Part shown: piece by piece, positions 43,948 to 53,210 of the stretch
Position numbering within the stretch: the first letter of the stretch is position 1
How the letters are laid out: every line of letters begins with the position of its first letter
Assembly (NCBI GenBank): GCA_963726455.1
Contig: CAVSCK010000004.1
Location: forward strand, 1,760,001 to 1,824,000
Source of the DNA: an uncultured bacterium
Lineage (GTDB): Bacteria; Zixibacteria; MSB-5A5; CAIYYT01
DNA: 64,000 bases
Direction of reading: 5' to 3'
Made by a program: the position numbers and the translations under genes
The notes under the pieces: generated by a model
Seen by the model: the letters and a program-made list of their open reading frames with translations, nothing else
What the model was told of the DNA's origin: nothing
Database searches by the model: none

Positions 43948-44589
43948 ATGGCGAAGAAGAAACTGAGACGATTTGCTGAATTGAACACGTTCCCGAACGT
44001 TTTTCAGTCCTTGGTCGATCTCAAAGGCAGGTGGCGTAGTGACTTCTTTCACAATGATTGTCCTATTATTCTCGAATTGGCCTGCGGCAAAGGGGAGTAC
44101 GCGGTCGAACTGGCCCAGCGTTTTCCGCAGAAGAATTTCGTCGGCATTGACATCAAGGGTGCCCGCCTCTGGACTGGCGCCAGGAAAGCCATAGACGCCA
44201 AGCTGACCAATATTGCTTTCCTGCGAATTCCGATAGAGACAGTGACCAATTGGTTTGCCACAGGTGAAGTCGATGAGATCTGGATCACGTTTCCCGACCC
44301 TTACCTGCGCAATAGCAAGGCACGCAAGCGACTCACTTCGCCACGCTTCTTGGCGCTTTATCGCCAGATTTTGTCTACAAATGCTTGCATTCACCTCAAA
44401 ACTGACGAGCCCAACTTGTTCGCCTACACACAGCAAGTCGTTGCCGCAGAAAATGGTACTCTTCAGGAAGTGATCGACGATATCTATCAGGGCGGAATTC
44501 ACGACGAGGTCCTGTCCATTCAGACTACTTATGAACGCATGCATCTTGAGGTCGGAAGAACAATTAAGTATCTGCGCTTCCGGCTGTAG
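43948..44589 (+). CDS. trmB: tRNA (guanine-N7)-methyltransferase
   Basis: LELACGKG, GIDIK, FPDP, KRLT, LKTD, TTYE. Confidence 0.93.
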   Translation: MAKKKLRRFAELNTFPNVFQSLVDLKGRWRSDFFHNDCPIILELACGKGEYAVELAQRFPQKNFVGIDIKGARLWTGARKAIDAKLTNIAFLRIPIETVTNWFATGEVDEIWITFPDPYLRNSKARKRLTSPRFLALYRQILSTNACIHLKTDEPNLFAYTQQVVAAENGTLQEVIDDIYQGGIHDEVLSIQTTYERMHLEVGRTIKYLRFRL

Positions 44590-44698
44590 TGTCGGCCAAG
44601 TATTTTCCTGCCAACTCGATAGCCAAAGTGCCCCATCCACCTGAAGGCCGTTGCCGGGTAGTCTTGTGAAAAATATAACAAAATCGCTCAAATATTAC

Positions 44699-44733
44699 TT
44701 GACAGGAAAGACTCTGTTAGTTAGCGTTAACTA
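44699..44733 (+). promoter_or_regulatory. Promoter with overlapping palindromic operator (probable TetR site)
   Basis: TTGACA-17-TAGCGT; dyad TAGTTAGCGTTAACTA (44718-44733, 14/16 self-complementary) covers the -10. Confidence 0.6.
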
Positions 44734-44756
44734 CGGAGCAGGAAGAGTGAAGATTT

Positions 44757-45380
44757 GTGAAACGAACGGCCGACTCAAGGAAACAGCAGATCATTGCAGA
44801 AGCAACGCGACTATTCAGCAAGCTGGGCTACGACAGTGTTACCACGAAAGAGCTGGCGCTCGCCTGTGGTGTCTCCGAACCGGCGCTTTACCGATACTTC
44901 CCGTCAAAGGAAGCCATATATGATGAAGTGCTCAATTCCCTGGAGTCGCGGCTGGAAGTCAGAGACCTGTTCGCCAGACTGGCTGGCGAGACCGATGTGG
45001 AGCGACTGCTGTCCGAACTGGCCGGCCAGATACTCGAATTCTTCAAGGCAAATCAGGACATCTACCGACTAATGTTATACTCTGCGTTGTGTGGCCATGC
45101 GAAGGCCAAGAAAGTCTATCGAGCCGTTCGGGGAACTTACGTGGATTTCCTGACCGAACAATTCAATCGGCTGCGCGCCGCCAACGTGATCGTGACTAAG
45201 AATAATGAAATCACTGCCCGCTGCTTTGTCGGAATGGTCTTCGAATGTGCCATGTCGGCAACGCTCTTTAGCGGCTTTCTCGGAAAACGTTATCAACCAT
45301 CGGAAGTAGTACAGAACAACATTTCTATATTCTCTCGAGGGCTGTATCGGGAAATGTGCCCCACCAATCTTCGAGGCTGA
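44757..45380 (+). CDS. TetR/AcrR family transcriptional regulator
   Basis: LFSKLGY..TTKELA..GVSEPALYRYFPSKE helix-turn-helix. Confidence 0.93.
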   Translation: MKRTADSRKQQIIAEATRLFSKLGYDSVTTKELALACGVSEPALYRYFPSKEAIYDEVLNSLESRLEVRDLFARLAGETDVERLLSELAGQILEFFKANQDIYRLMLYSALCGHAKAKKVYRAVRGTYVDFLTEQFNRLRAANVIVTKNNEITARCFVGMVFECAMSATLFSGFLGKRYQPSEVVQNNISIFSRGLYREMCPTNLRG

Positions 45381-45435
45381 TACCAATTCGATTTATGAGC
45401 AATTCCCTCTCCTATAATGTGACGGACTCGTACAA

Positions 45436-48024
45436 ATGAGACAAAGACAATTTTTGCCAGTAGTGTTTATTTTTGCTTTCTTCCTGGCGGCGACCGCATT
45501 TAGCCAGGAAACCAAAGACAATCAATTCTGCCTCGGATGTCATGCCGACCAGTCGGTCCAAGCCGAGGACGGTCGAGCGCTCTTTGTCGACACGACGGTG
45601 CTCCACTCCTCGGTGCATAAAAGCCCCACTTGCATCGATTGCCACGACCAGCCCGGCGCCAATTTTGACGAAGCGCCGCACTTCAAAACCTACAAGCCGG
45701 TCGATTGCCAAAGCTGTCACCAGCTCGAGGGGGCGGCCTGGATGGAGTACTTCTTCAAGATGTTGAAGAACAAGGGCACCAAGGAGATTCCCGATTGCAA
45801 GGAATGTCACGGCACGCACAATGCTCAAAAGGAACTGAGCATGAAACTAGTGTGCGACCGCTGCCATCAGGAAATTGCCAACAAGTACCGCCAGAGTTAT
45901 CACTTCCAGAAATATCAGGAAGACACGCGCAAATACCCGATCTGTACGACCTGCCATGACGCACACTTCAAGTCAAAGAAAGAGGTGATGTCGGACAAGG
46001 AATACAAGCAGGAAATCGTAGACATCTGTTCCAAATGCCACCAGAGAGACATTGAAACTTACATTCACTCGCGCCACTTCCACGAGATGGAAGCCGGTAA
46101 CCCAAAGGCGCCGGTCTGCACCAGTTGCCACGAGAACCATGATATTCGCAAACCGTCCGATCCGCTGTCGCGCGTGAACACCGGCAACATTTCGAACGTG
46201 TGCAACGGTTGTCATCCGGGGCACAAAGAGAGCTTGCATCGGGCAGCGGGTGTCGACCCGACTACCATTTCCTGTGCCACCTGCCACACCGGGCATCAGA
46301 CGGACATGGCTTCGATCAATAATTCCATCTTCAAGGAAGGTGGCATTGTCAATCGCTGCAACATCTGCCATGAGACCGAGCGCCACACCAAAGAAAATCT
46401 GGCACATGGCGAGATCATGCTCATTCAGCCGGCCGGAGGCGAGGCCAACTGCACCAAGTGCCACGTCTATCATTGGAACCTGCCGGGTCTGGACAATGAA
46501 GCTGTTAAACACCAGCGCACTGAGTGCATCAACTGCCATGCCCAGGAAAACCGTGAATACAAGCATTCAATCCACGGCCGAGCCCGGGCACAGGGAATCA
46601 TGGAAGCCCCGACCTGTACTACCTGCCACGGCGAAAAGGACATCAAGAGGGTGAAAGAGCAGTTCACTGCGGAAGGCATTATCAAGCTCTGCTCGTCTTG
46701 TCATGGCGACAAGGACAAGATGCTGAAATTCCAGATAAATCCATACGTGGTGGAGGGCTACAAGGAGACTTATCACGGCAAGTTGTTCGAGACAGGTACG
46801 ATGGAAGTCAAGTTTGCCGTCTGTACCAACTGCCACGGCGTTCACACCATTCAACCGCCGAACGATCCTGAATCCAGCGTCAATCGCGACCACATCGTTC
46901 AGACCTGTAAACAATGCCATCCGCGCGCCAACGATCGATTCGTGTCGTACCTCGTTCACCCCATCAAACCGAGCAAGTCTGAACTCGAGGAAGGTGACCG
47001 GCTGGCACAGGGCGATACTTCAATCGCGGCTCTCAAACGTGATTCACTTCATCGCGGTGAAACAAAGGAAGTCGCCGGTTCATGGCAAAGCTTCAATTCG
47101 ATTGTCACCACGCTGATGACCATCTTGCTGGTGGGCACGCTCGGCGTGTTCGGCTTCCACACAGTACTCTGGTTCCAGAAGGGAATCCGGCCGCGTGTTC
47201 GCCCGGAAGTTATCTATTACAGCCGCATCGACGGTTTCCACAGGTTCCTGCATATCCTGATCAATATCAGTTTCCTGACCCTGGCCTTTACAGGATTACC
47301 GCAGTCCTATGCGCATACGGAGCTGGCAAAATGGCTATTCAAGAATGTCATCTCACTTCACACAGCGCAATTGCTGCACTATATCGCGGCGATCATCACC
47401 GGCTTCTATTTTGTTGCGCATATTGTATTCCTTGGATTCAAGATCAAGAAGATCGGTTTCAAAGCGCTGATGACCGGCCCGAACACCATGGTGATGCGCA
47501 TGAAGGACATTCACGATCTCATTGCTCACGTGAAGTGGTTCTTCGGCAAAGGACCGGCGCCCCAGTTCGACCGTTGGACGTATTGGGAAAAGTTCGACTA
47601 TTTCGCAGTTTTCTGGGGAGTCTTCGTGATCGGACTCTCCGGCCTGTTGCGCTGGAAGGAAGAGCTTTTCGGGAATTTCCTCGGCGGTGGAATCATCAGT
47701 CTTGCTGACACTATCCACAGGGAAGAAGCTCTGTTGGCCACTGCCTTCATCTTTATCGTGCACTTTTTCAACACGCACTTGCGTGCCAGCAAATTCCCGA
47801 TGGATGTCTCCGTTTACACCGGCAGAATTGATGAGCACGAATTTAAGGAAGAACGTCCGCTCGAATACAAGCGCCTTGCCATCGAGGGTGGACTTGAACA
47901 ACGTAAGAGAAGACCCCTGGGCCTCGTCCCGTCGATCATTGCTTACATCTGGGGCACCGCGGCATTACTCACGGGTTTCTTCCTGCTCTTCTTGATTATA
48001 CTCGGCCACTTTACAGCAAGGTAG
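45436..48024 (+). CDS. Multiheme cytochrome c (17 CxxCH) fused to a cytochrome b membrane domain, CbcL-like
   Basis: Signal peptide; 17 CxxCH counted; C-terminal HRFLH, TGLP, H, EKFDYFAVFWG, HREEA, HFFN. Confidence 0.88.
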   Translation: MRQRQFLPVVFIFAFFLAATAFSQETKDNQFCLGCHADQSVQAEDGRALFVDTTVLHSSVHKSPTCIDCHDQPGANFDEAPHFKTYKPVDCQSCHQLEGAAWMEYFFKMLKNKGTKEIPDCKECHGTHNAQKELSMKLVCDRCHQEIANKYRQSYHFQKYQEDTRKYPICTTCHDAHFKSKKEVMSDKEYKQEIVDICSKCHQRDIETYIHSRHFHEMEAGNPKAPVCTSCHENHDIRKPSDPLSRVNTGNISNVCNGCHPGHKESLHRAAGVDPTTISCATCHTGHQTDMASINNSIFKEGGIVNRCNICHETERHTKENLAHGEIMLIQPAGGEANCTKCHVYHWNLPGLDNEAVKHQRTECINCHAQENREYKHSIHGRARAQGIMEAPTCTTCHGEKDIKRVKEQFTAEGIIKLCSSCHGDKDKMLKFQINPYVVEGYKETYHGKLFETGTMEVKFAVCTNCHGVHTIQPPNDPESSVNRDHIVQTCKQCHPRANDRFVSYLVHPIKPSKSELEEGDRLAQGDTSIAALKRDSLHRGETKEVAGSWQSFNSIVTTLMTILLVGTLGVFGFHTVLWFQKGIRPRVRPEVIYYSRIDGFHRFLHILINISFLTLAFTGLPQSYAHTELAKWLFKNVISLHTAQLLHYIAAIITGFYFVAHIVFLGFKIKKIGFKALMTGPNTMVMRMKDIHDLIAHVKWFFGKGPAPQFDRWTYWEKFDYFAVFWGVFVIGLSGLLRWKEELFGNFLGGGIISLADTIHREEALLATAFIFIVHFFNTHLRASKFPMDVSVYTGRIDEHEFKEERPLEYKRLAIEGGLEQRKRRPLGLVPSIIAYIWGTAALLTGFFLLFLIILGHFTAR

Positions 48025-48101
48025 CGTCGCGTGACTTTGGGGCAAGAACAGGTATTTGATGTGCAGACAGCTCAATATGATGATATAGCGGAGTCGAAAT
48101 C

Positions 48102-50093
48102 ATGTTAAAGATTATTCCAGATCGAATCAGGGGTGCCATGCTGATCGGCGTCTGCGCTCTCGCGGTGCTGTATGTCGGCTTGGTACCGCAACTCAAGGCA
48201 GCACCGACTAACGAGACCTGTTTGGAGTGTCACAGCGACAAAACTCTGACAGGCAAAGATTCACTTGGCGCCGACATCAATATGTCCGTCGATCCCGATA
48301 CGTTTAAAGTTTCTTCACACGGGGCCATGGCGTGTATCGACTGTCATGCGGATCTTGCTTCGGCAACCGATTTCCCTCACGCGGACAAACTCAAACTGGT
48401 CGATTGCGGTGCGTGTCACAGCGATGTTCAGGAGATCTTTGTCAGTTCAGCCCATGGAAAAGCGCTCGACAACCCCAACGCGCCTACGTGCGCATCCTGT
48501 CACGGTAAGCATGACATCCTGCCGCATTCAAACCCGGCTGCCATGACTTCGGCGAAGAACCTCCCCTACACGTGCGCATCCTGCCACCACAAGATTGTTC
48601 TAAAGGAAGATCCGGATATTCGCATTACCGATTCCTTCGACCGCTATATGAAGGGTATTCATGCCGAGGGAATTTCCAAGGGCATCGGTTCCGCCGCCTC
48701 CTGCAACGATTGCCACGGCACTCATGACCTTTATAAAGCATCGGATCCTCGTTCGCTGGCGAACAAAATGAATATTCCGCACACTTGTGCAAAGTGTCAT
48801 AACGACATCTACATTCAATACGAACGTGGTATTCACGGCAAGGCGTTGACCGCTGGAATCCTCGATGCACCTAATTGCACCGACTGCCACGGCGAACACG
48901 AAATCCTCAAGATTGATGACCCGGGTGCGCCGGTCAATTCATCCAACCTTGCTGAATATGTCTGCGGCAAGTGCCACAACGACCCGCAGGTCGTGGAAAA
49001 ATATGGCTTGCCACAGGGACGGTTCACATCATACCAGGACTCTTATCATGGTCTGGCGGTACGTGGAGGGTCCCTCAAGGCCGCCAACTGCGTCTCCTGC
49101 CACCGTGCACACGAAATACTTCCCAGCATCAATGCCGCTTCATCCATCAATAAGGACAACATCGTATTTACATGTCAGAAGTGCCACCCCAAGGCCAATC
49201 TGAAATTTGCGACCAGCTATACGCATAAGACGGCATCGATCCAGTTCAATCAACTCGATTGGTGGGTACGCTCAATCTATATATTCGCGATTGTCGTTAT
49301 CATCGGTGGTATGCTGGTACACAATGGAATCATCGTAAGCAGATTCATCGTGGACAAGCATCGGCACAATAAGGAACTGCCAACGATAACGCGCTTCACG
49401 AGCAATATGGTTTTTCAACATCTGGTGTTGACCGTCGCCTTCGTTACACTCGTGATTACAGGTTTTGCTCTAAAATTCCCGAATGCATGGTGGGTGTCCA
49501 TCCTCAACGTCTTCGGCCTGCATGAAGATGCTCGTTCAGTGGTGCACCGTATCGCTGCAGTCTTCCTGCTGTACATAACTTTCCACCACACCATCTTCAT
49601 TCTCCTTACGCGCCGGGGGAAAGAGGAATTGCGCGGCTTGATGCCGACCTGGCAGGACTTCAAAGACCTCATTTTGAATGTCAAATATCATCTGGGATTA
49701 ACCAGGGAACACCCGCATTACGATCAGTACGACTACACGGAAAAGGCCGAGTACTGGGCGCTCGTCTGGGGTACTCTGGCAATGGCGCTCACCGGCTTCG
49801 TGCTTTGGTTCCCCACCTTCTTTACGGGGTTCATGCCGGCGTGGATCGTCAAAATCGCCGAGACGATTCACTATTATGAAGCGTGGTTGGCCACTCTGGC
49901 GATCGCCGTGTTCCATTTCTTCTTCGTGATTTTCCATCCGGAGCAGTACCCCATGTCCTTCGCCTGGTTGACCGGCAAAATCACTGAGGAATCGTGCCGT
50001 ATCCATCATCCGCGGTGGTATGAAAGAATGACAGGCAAACGAATGACGGCCGACAGCGGAACTGAACCGGAAAAAGAGCAAATGGCGAAATAG
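48102..50093 (+). CDS. Multiheme cytochrome c (11 CxxCH) fused to a cytochrome b membrane domain, CbcL-like
   Basis: 11 CxxCH counted; QHL, TGFALKFP, HRIAA, EKAEYWALVWG, HYYEAWLA, HFF. Confidence 0.88.
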   Translation: MLKIIPDRIRGAMLIGVCALAVLYVGLVPQLKAAPTNETCLECHSDKTLTGKDSLGADINMSVDPDTFKVSSHGAMACIDCHADLASATDFPHADKLKLVDCGACHSDVQEIFVSSAHGKALDNPNAPTCASCHGKHDILPHSNPAAMTSAKNLPYTCASCHHKIVLKEDPDIRITDSFDRYMKGIHAEGISKGIGSAASCNDCHGTHDLYKASDPRSLANKMNIPHTCAKCHNDIYIQYERGIHGKALTAGILDAPNCTDCHGEHEILKIDDPGAPVNSSNLAEYVCGKCHNDPQVVEKYGLPQGRFTSYQDSYHGLAVRGGSLKAANCVSCHRAHEILPSINAASSINKDNIVFTCQKCHPKANLKFATSYTHKTASIQFNQLDWWVRSIYIFAIVVIIGGMLVHNGIIVSRFIVDKHRHNKELPTITRFTSNMVFQHLVLTVAFVTLVITGFALKFPNAWWVSILNVFGLHEDARSVVHRIAAVFLLYITFHHTIFILLTRRGKEELRGLMPTWQDFKDLILNVKYHLGLTREHPHYDQYDYTEKAEYWALVWGTLAMALTGFVLWFPTFFTGFMPAWIVKIAETIHYYEAWLATLAIAVFHFFFVIFHPEQYPMSFAWLTGKITEESCRIHHPRWYERMTGKRMTADSGTEPEKEQMAK

Positions 50094-50169
50094 GATTCAC
50101 ATATCAGGTTGGAGGTCTTTCGACCCGGGCAGGATAATACTCAAGTCTTGGGTTGTTGAGACGTGATTG

Positions 50170-50206
50170 GGCCGCGGTTTACGGGAATCCGCGGCCTTTC
50201 CGTTTT
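50170..50206 (+). terminator. Intrinsic terminator after the cytochrome operon
   Basis: GGCCGCGG...CCGCGGCC followed by TTTCCGTTTT. Confidence 0.6.
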
Positions 50207-50315
50207 CCCTTTGACTTTTAAATGGTAATGCCTTTTCTTGTTTTGTCCATTCGCTGTTCTGACTCGTGTCTCATGGCGAAATGGTAGCGGTGGCTCTCAT
50301 CGCGACATTTCCTAC

Positions 50316-50405
50316 GGAGAGGTGGCCGAGAGGCTGAAGGCAGCGGTTTGCTAAACCGCCATACGGCTTTAAACCGTATCCAGGGTTCGAATCCCTGCCT
50401 CTCCG
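50316..50405 (+). tRNA. tRNA-Ser (GCT), long variable arm, CCA not encoded
   Basis: GGAGAGG/CCTCTCC acceptor, GCGGT-TTGCTAA-ACCGC anticodon arm, variable stem, GGTTCGAATCC T arm. Confidence 0.96.
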
Positions 50406-50719
50406 CATAATTTCCAACTCCAGATTCGCCCCCTCAAATGTAGTGACTGCCAGTGACACCGCCCCTTTGAAATTCGTTAGCTTATGACGGCAGAATGATG
50501 AACTAAGACAGTTTCTAGATTGACGTGAGGATTTGTCTCGAATCCCACAGCAAAGAGAATGCCCCGCAAGTTCGACAATGTTTCGCCGTCAGGCGGAAGA
50601 TTGTCTCATCCCTTGCTCGCTTGGGGTTTGCAGATACAGTCAATTTACGGCAAGGAAATACTCGCGGGACACTCTCCTGCTATCGCTCAAGGAGAAGCCA
50701 GGTTCAGATATTGGAGACA

Positions 50720-51052
50720 TCAGTCGGCTTCACGTTCTTCATGTTCGCGGTGTTCACGGCCTTCATGGTCCCAATAACCACGAACCCAGACATAACCGCG
50801 ATCTCTTCTCTCCCAGCGGCCCGGCACCCAGTTACCATGAGGGTGTCGTTCCCAGTGGCCTTCGACCCAGATGTACTCGTCGGCTCTCCAGCCCCAATGC
50901 CCGTCAATCCAGACTGCGTCTGGTGATGGCGGCGCGGGTCTGACTTCAATTCTGAGCGGGGGCGGCCCCGATTCAACGTAGAGTTCGCCCGCACAGCTGA
51001 GAAGACTCGTCATGCCCACCATTGCTGCCAGAAGAAGTGCTTTGCCTTTCAT
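50720..51052 (-). CDS. Lipoprotein with YXWGXW (WxxGxW) repeats
   Basis: Lipobox LLSC; PPP, WIDGHW, YIWVEGHW, WVPGRW, YVWVRGYW; SD GGAGG. Confidence 0.85.
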   Translation of the reverse strand: MKGKALLLAAMVGMTSLLSCAGELYVESGPPPLRIEVRPAPPSPDAVWIDGHWGWRADEYIWVEGHWERHPHGNWVPGRWERRDRGYVWVRGYWDHEGREHREHEEREAD

Positions 51053-51148
51053 AGTTCCTCCTTCCTCATCTATTCCGCGAACTTGACGTCGGGTCATATT
51101 CGCATGTCCGACGAAAAGGTCAGATAACGGGATCACGTTTGTGGACGC

Positions 51149-51802
51149 TTACCTTGAAGCCACGGCGACTTCAAGTGATTGCTCCAAAGTAAAAGTGACC
51201 GTCGTACCCGACGAAATTACAATGTTCTGCCTTCCGGTGGCGGCAGCAGCACCCGTACCTGCGGCAGCACCTGCTAAGCCACCGATCACAGCACCTTTAC
51301 CCTTGCCAATCAAACCACCGACAACGGCGCCGGCAGCGGAACCGCCACCAATCATTTCGACTTCACGCTTGGTGTGGCTGGTGCCTCTGTGGAACACCTT
51401 ACTTGCCTTGACACTATATGCGCTGCCGTCAGCAAGTGTGATGTGGTCGATTGTGAAGGCGATTTCCGGCGGGGTCTTGAGAGTTCCGCCTTTCGTCAGG
51501 TCAGTAATGACCAGGTCAGCGGTCGCGCCTTCCGGAATGGCAACAATATTGTTCTCCTCTACGGATCTGGCAATCACACCGCTGAAGTGATCGCCAACGT
51601 GATTCTCATTAGTCTGCACCGAGGACGACAAGGTGACGTGAATCTCGGTCGACGCCGGCAGAGCGAGATATTGATTGTCTGAACTGGCAGACGTGTTGCC
51701 GCCGGATGCACCTTGCGCGGTCGAATGCATCCTGTTCGAGCACCCCCAGATCGTGAGCATGAGTCCTGCCACGATTAGCCGTATGACGGATGATTTCGCC
51801 AT
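51149..51802 (-). CDS. Lipoprotein with glycine-zipper motif
   Basis: IWGC lipobox; IPEGA; GGSAAGAVVGGLIG.GKGAVIGGLAGAAAGTG. Confidence 0.8.
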   Translation of the reverse strand: MAKSSVIRLIVAGLMLTIWGCSNRMHSTAQGASGGNTSASSDNQYLALPASTEIHVTLSSSVQTNENHVGDHFSGVIARSVEENNIVAIPEGATADLVITDLTKGGTLKTPPEIAFTIDHITLADGSAYSVKASKVFHRGTSHTKREVEMIGGGSAAGAVVGGLIGKGKGAVIGGLAGAAAGTGAAAATGRQNIVISSGTTVTFTLEQSLEVAVASR

Positions 51803-52154
51803 AGTACCTCCTATCCCCCGAATGAATACTAGAAGCAACCCAACAAGTAACGGGTTACCCCCGGTCTACGACTTCATTCGAGATCAACGAGGATTTGTAC
51901 GACTTGAACGGGCATTGAGTTGGAAAACAATACTATTTTTCTCGTAATTGCTTGCCCTGCTTCTGTTTGAGACAGCAGTATTATCGTGCGGGATTCCTAT
52001 TGGTAGAGCATGGAGTCGAATTACCTGACACACACCAGCCGCGAAACGAATGCGATCAGCTTTGGTCGAAGATACAGAAATAGACCAGGAGAGCAGTCAG
52101 CGTACGGCTGCCCGATCGGATGTGCTCAAGAGAAGAGTCAGCGAAGACTTATCG

Positions 52155-52265
52155 TCAGATTTGGCGCTTTTGTCTCTTGATTCTGGCGCTACGTCGGGCA
52201 AAGTAGGCGATACCCAGAAGGACGGCTACTCCAAACAGAATGAATGTCGTTGCATCAAGTTTCAT
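52155..52265 (-). CDS. 36-aa single-TM small protein MKLDATTFILFGVAVLLGIAYFARRSARIKRQKRQI
   Basis: Strong SD GGAGGTG before ATG; 23 bp downstream of tadC; TM helix plus basic tail. Confidence 0.7.
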   Translation of the reverse strand: MKLDATTFILFGVAVLLGIAYFARRSARIKRQKRQI

Positions 52266-52288
52266 ACTCGATCACCTCCGAATTGTGA

Positions 52289-53203
52289 TTAAGGGCTGAG
52301 ATTTTTCAGTGTCTTGAAAATGTTGATCATCGCCGGTCCAACCAGAATGATCAGCAATTCCGGAAAGATCAGCAGCACCAGCGGGAACACCAATTTGACC
52401 GATACTTTGTTGGCGCTTTCCTCAGCTCGCTGCCGCCGCTTAAATCGCATTGTGTCAGCAAGTGCGCGCAGTGAAGTGGCTACGCTGGTTCCCAGTCGAT
52501 CCGCCTGGATCAAAGTTACTGCCAGTGAACGTAGCTCATCGACCTCGGTGCGATTCGCCAGATTCCTGAAAGCATCGGCTTTGGGCCTGCCAATGAGAAT
52601 CTCATGGTTGACCACTTTCAATTCCTGAGCCAGCGGCGGACAACTGGTACTGATTTCTTCCGCCAGCTTATTGAGTGCCGCCGTGAATGACAAGCCCGCT
52701 TCAACGCATACAACCATCAGATCAAGCATATTGGGAACTGCGCGGCGAATTGCATCGCGTCGTGCCGCTACCTTCCGGCCCACCCAATACCGTGGAAGGA
52801 AGATTCCCAACAACGCCCCGGCAACCGCCGTCATTCCCATTTGCAGTGGCAATAGTTTCAAGTAAAGTCCAACGATCGCCCCCACCACCGTCAGAATTAA
52901 CGCGAGGATTGCTCTGATGAGGTAGTAATCATAAACGGCGTTTTGACCGAAATAACCGCCTCGGGACAACCACTCTCGCGTCGAGGGCATCCCTTGTTCG
53001 TCCCAGGACATGAATTCCATTCCTTTGCGCATCAGAGACGAACGCATATTATACTCACCCGGCTTGGCTACTCCCGCCTCGGTCGCAAGTTCCTCCAGCC
53101 GCGCTTTAACCGGATCACGGCGCGTCGACATCGCATAGATAGCAAGAAAGACCAGCAGGAAGCTGGATACGAAAACTGCGCCGATGATAACGTATAGTTG
53201 CAT
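52289..53203 (-). CDS. tadC: Tad pilus inner-membrane platform protein TadC
   Basis: PNMLDLMVVCVEAGL, QADRLGTS, AEE..K..VKLVFPLVLLIFP. Confidence 0.92.
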   Translation of the reverse strand: MQLYVIIGAVFVSSFLLVFLAIYAMSTRRDPVKARLEELATEAGVAKPGEYNMRSSLMRKGMEFMSWDEQGMPSTREWLSRGGYFGQNAVYDYYLIRAILALILTVVGAIVGLYLKLLPLQMGMTAVAGALLGIFLPRYWVGRKVAARRDAIRRAVPNMLDLMVVCVEAGLSFTAALNKLAEEISTSCPPLAQELKVVNHEILIGRPKADAFRNLANRTEVDELRSLAVTLIQADRLGTSVATSLRALADTMRFKRRQRAEESANKVSVKLVFPLVLLIFPELLIILVGPAMINIFKTLKNLSP

Positions 53204-53210
53204 GAATTCC

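Noticed and set aside
50265-50310. TGGCGAAATGGTAG resembling a tRNA D-arm upstream of tRNA-Ser
   Set aside because: No anticodon arm, T arm or acceptor pairing.
50316-50405. Long-arm tRNA as tRNA-Sec, given selD in the window
   Set aside because: Anticodon is GCT with a 7-bp acceptor stem, so an ordinary tRNA-Ser.
50538-50546. TCGAATCCC as an att duplication of the tRNA 3' end
   Set aside because: Only 9 bp, does not extend into the acceptor stem, and no integrase is present.
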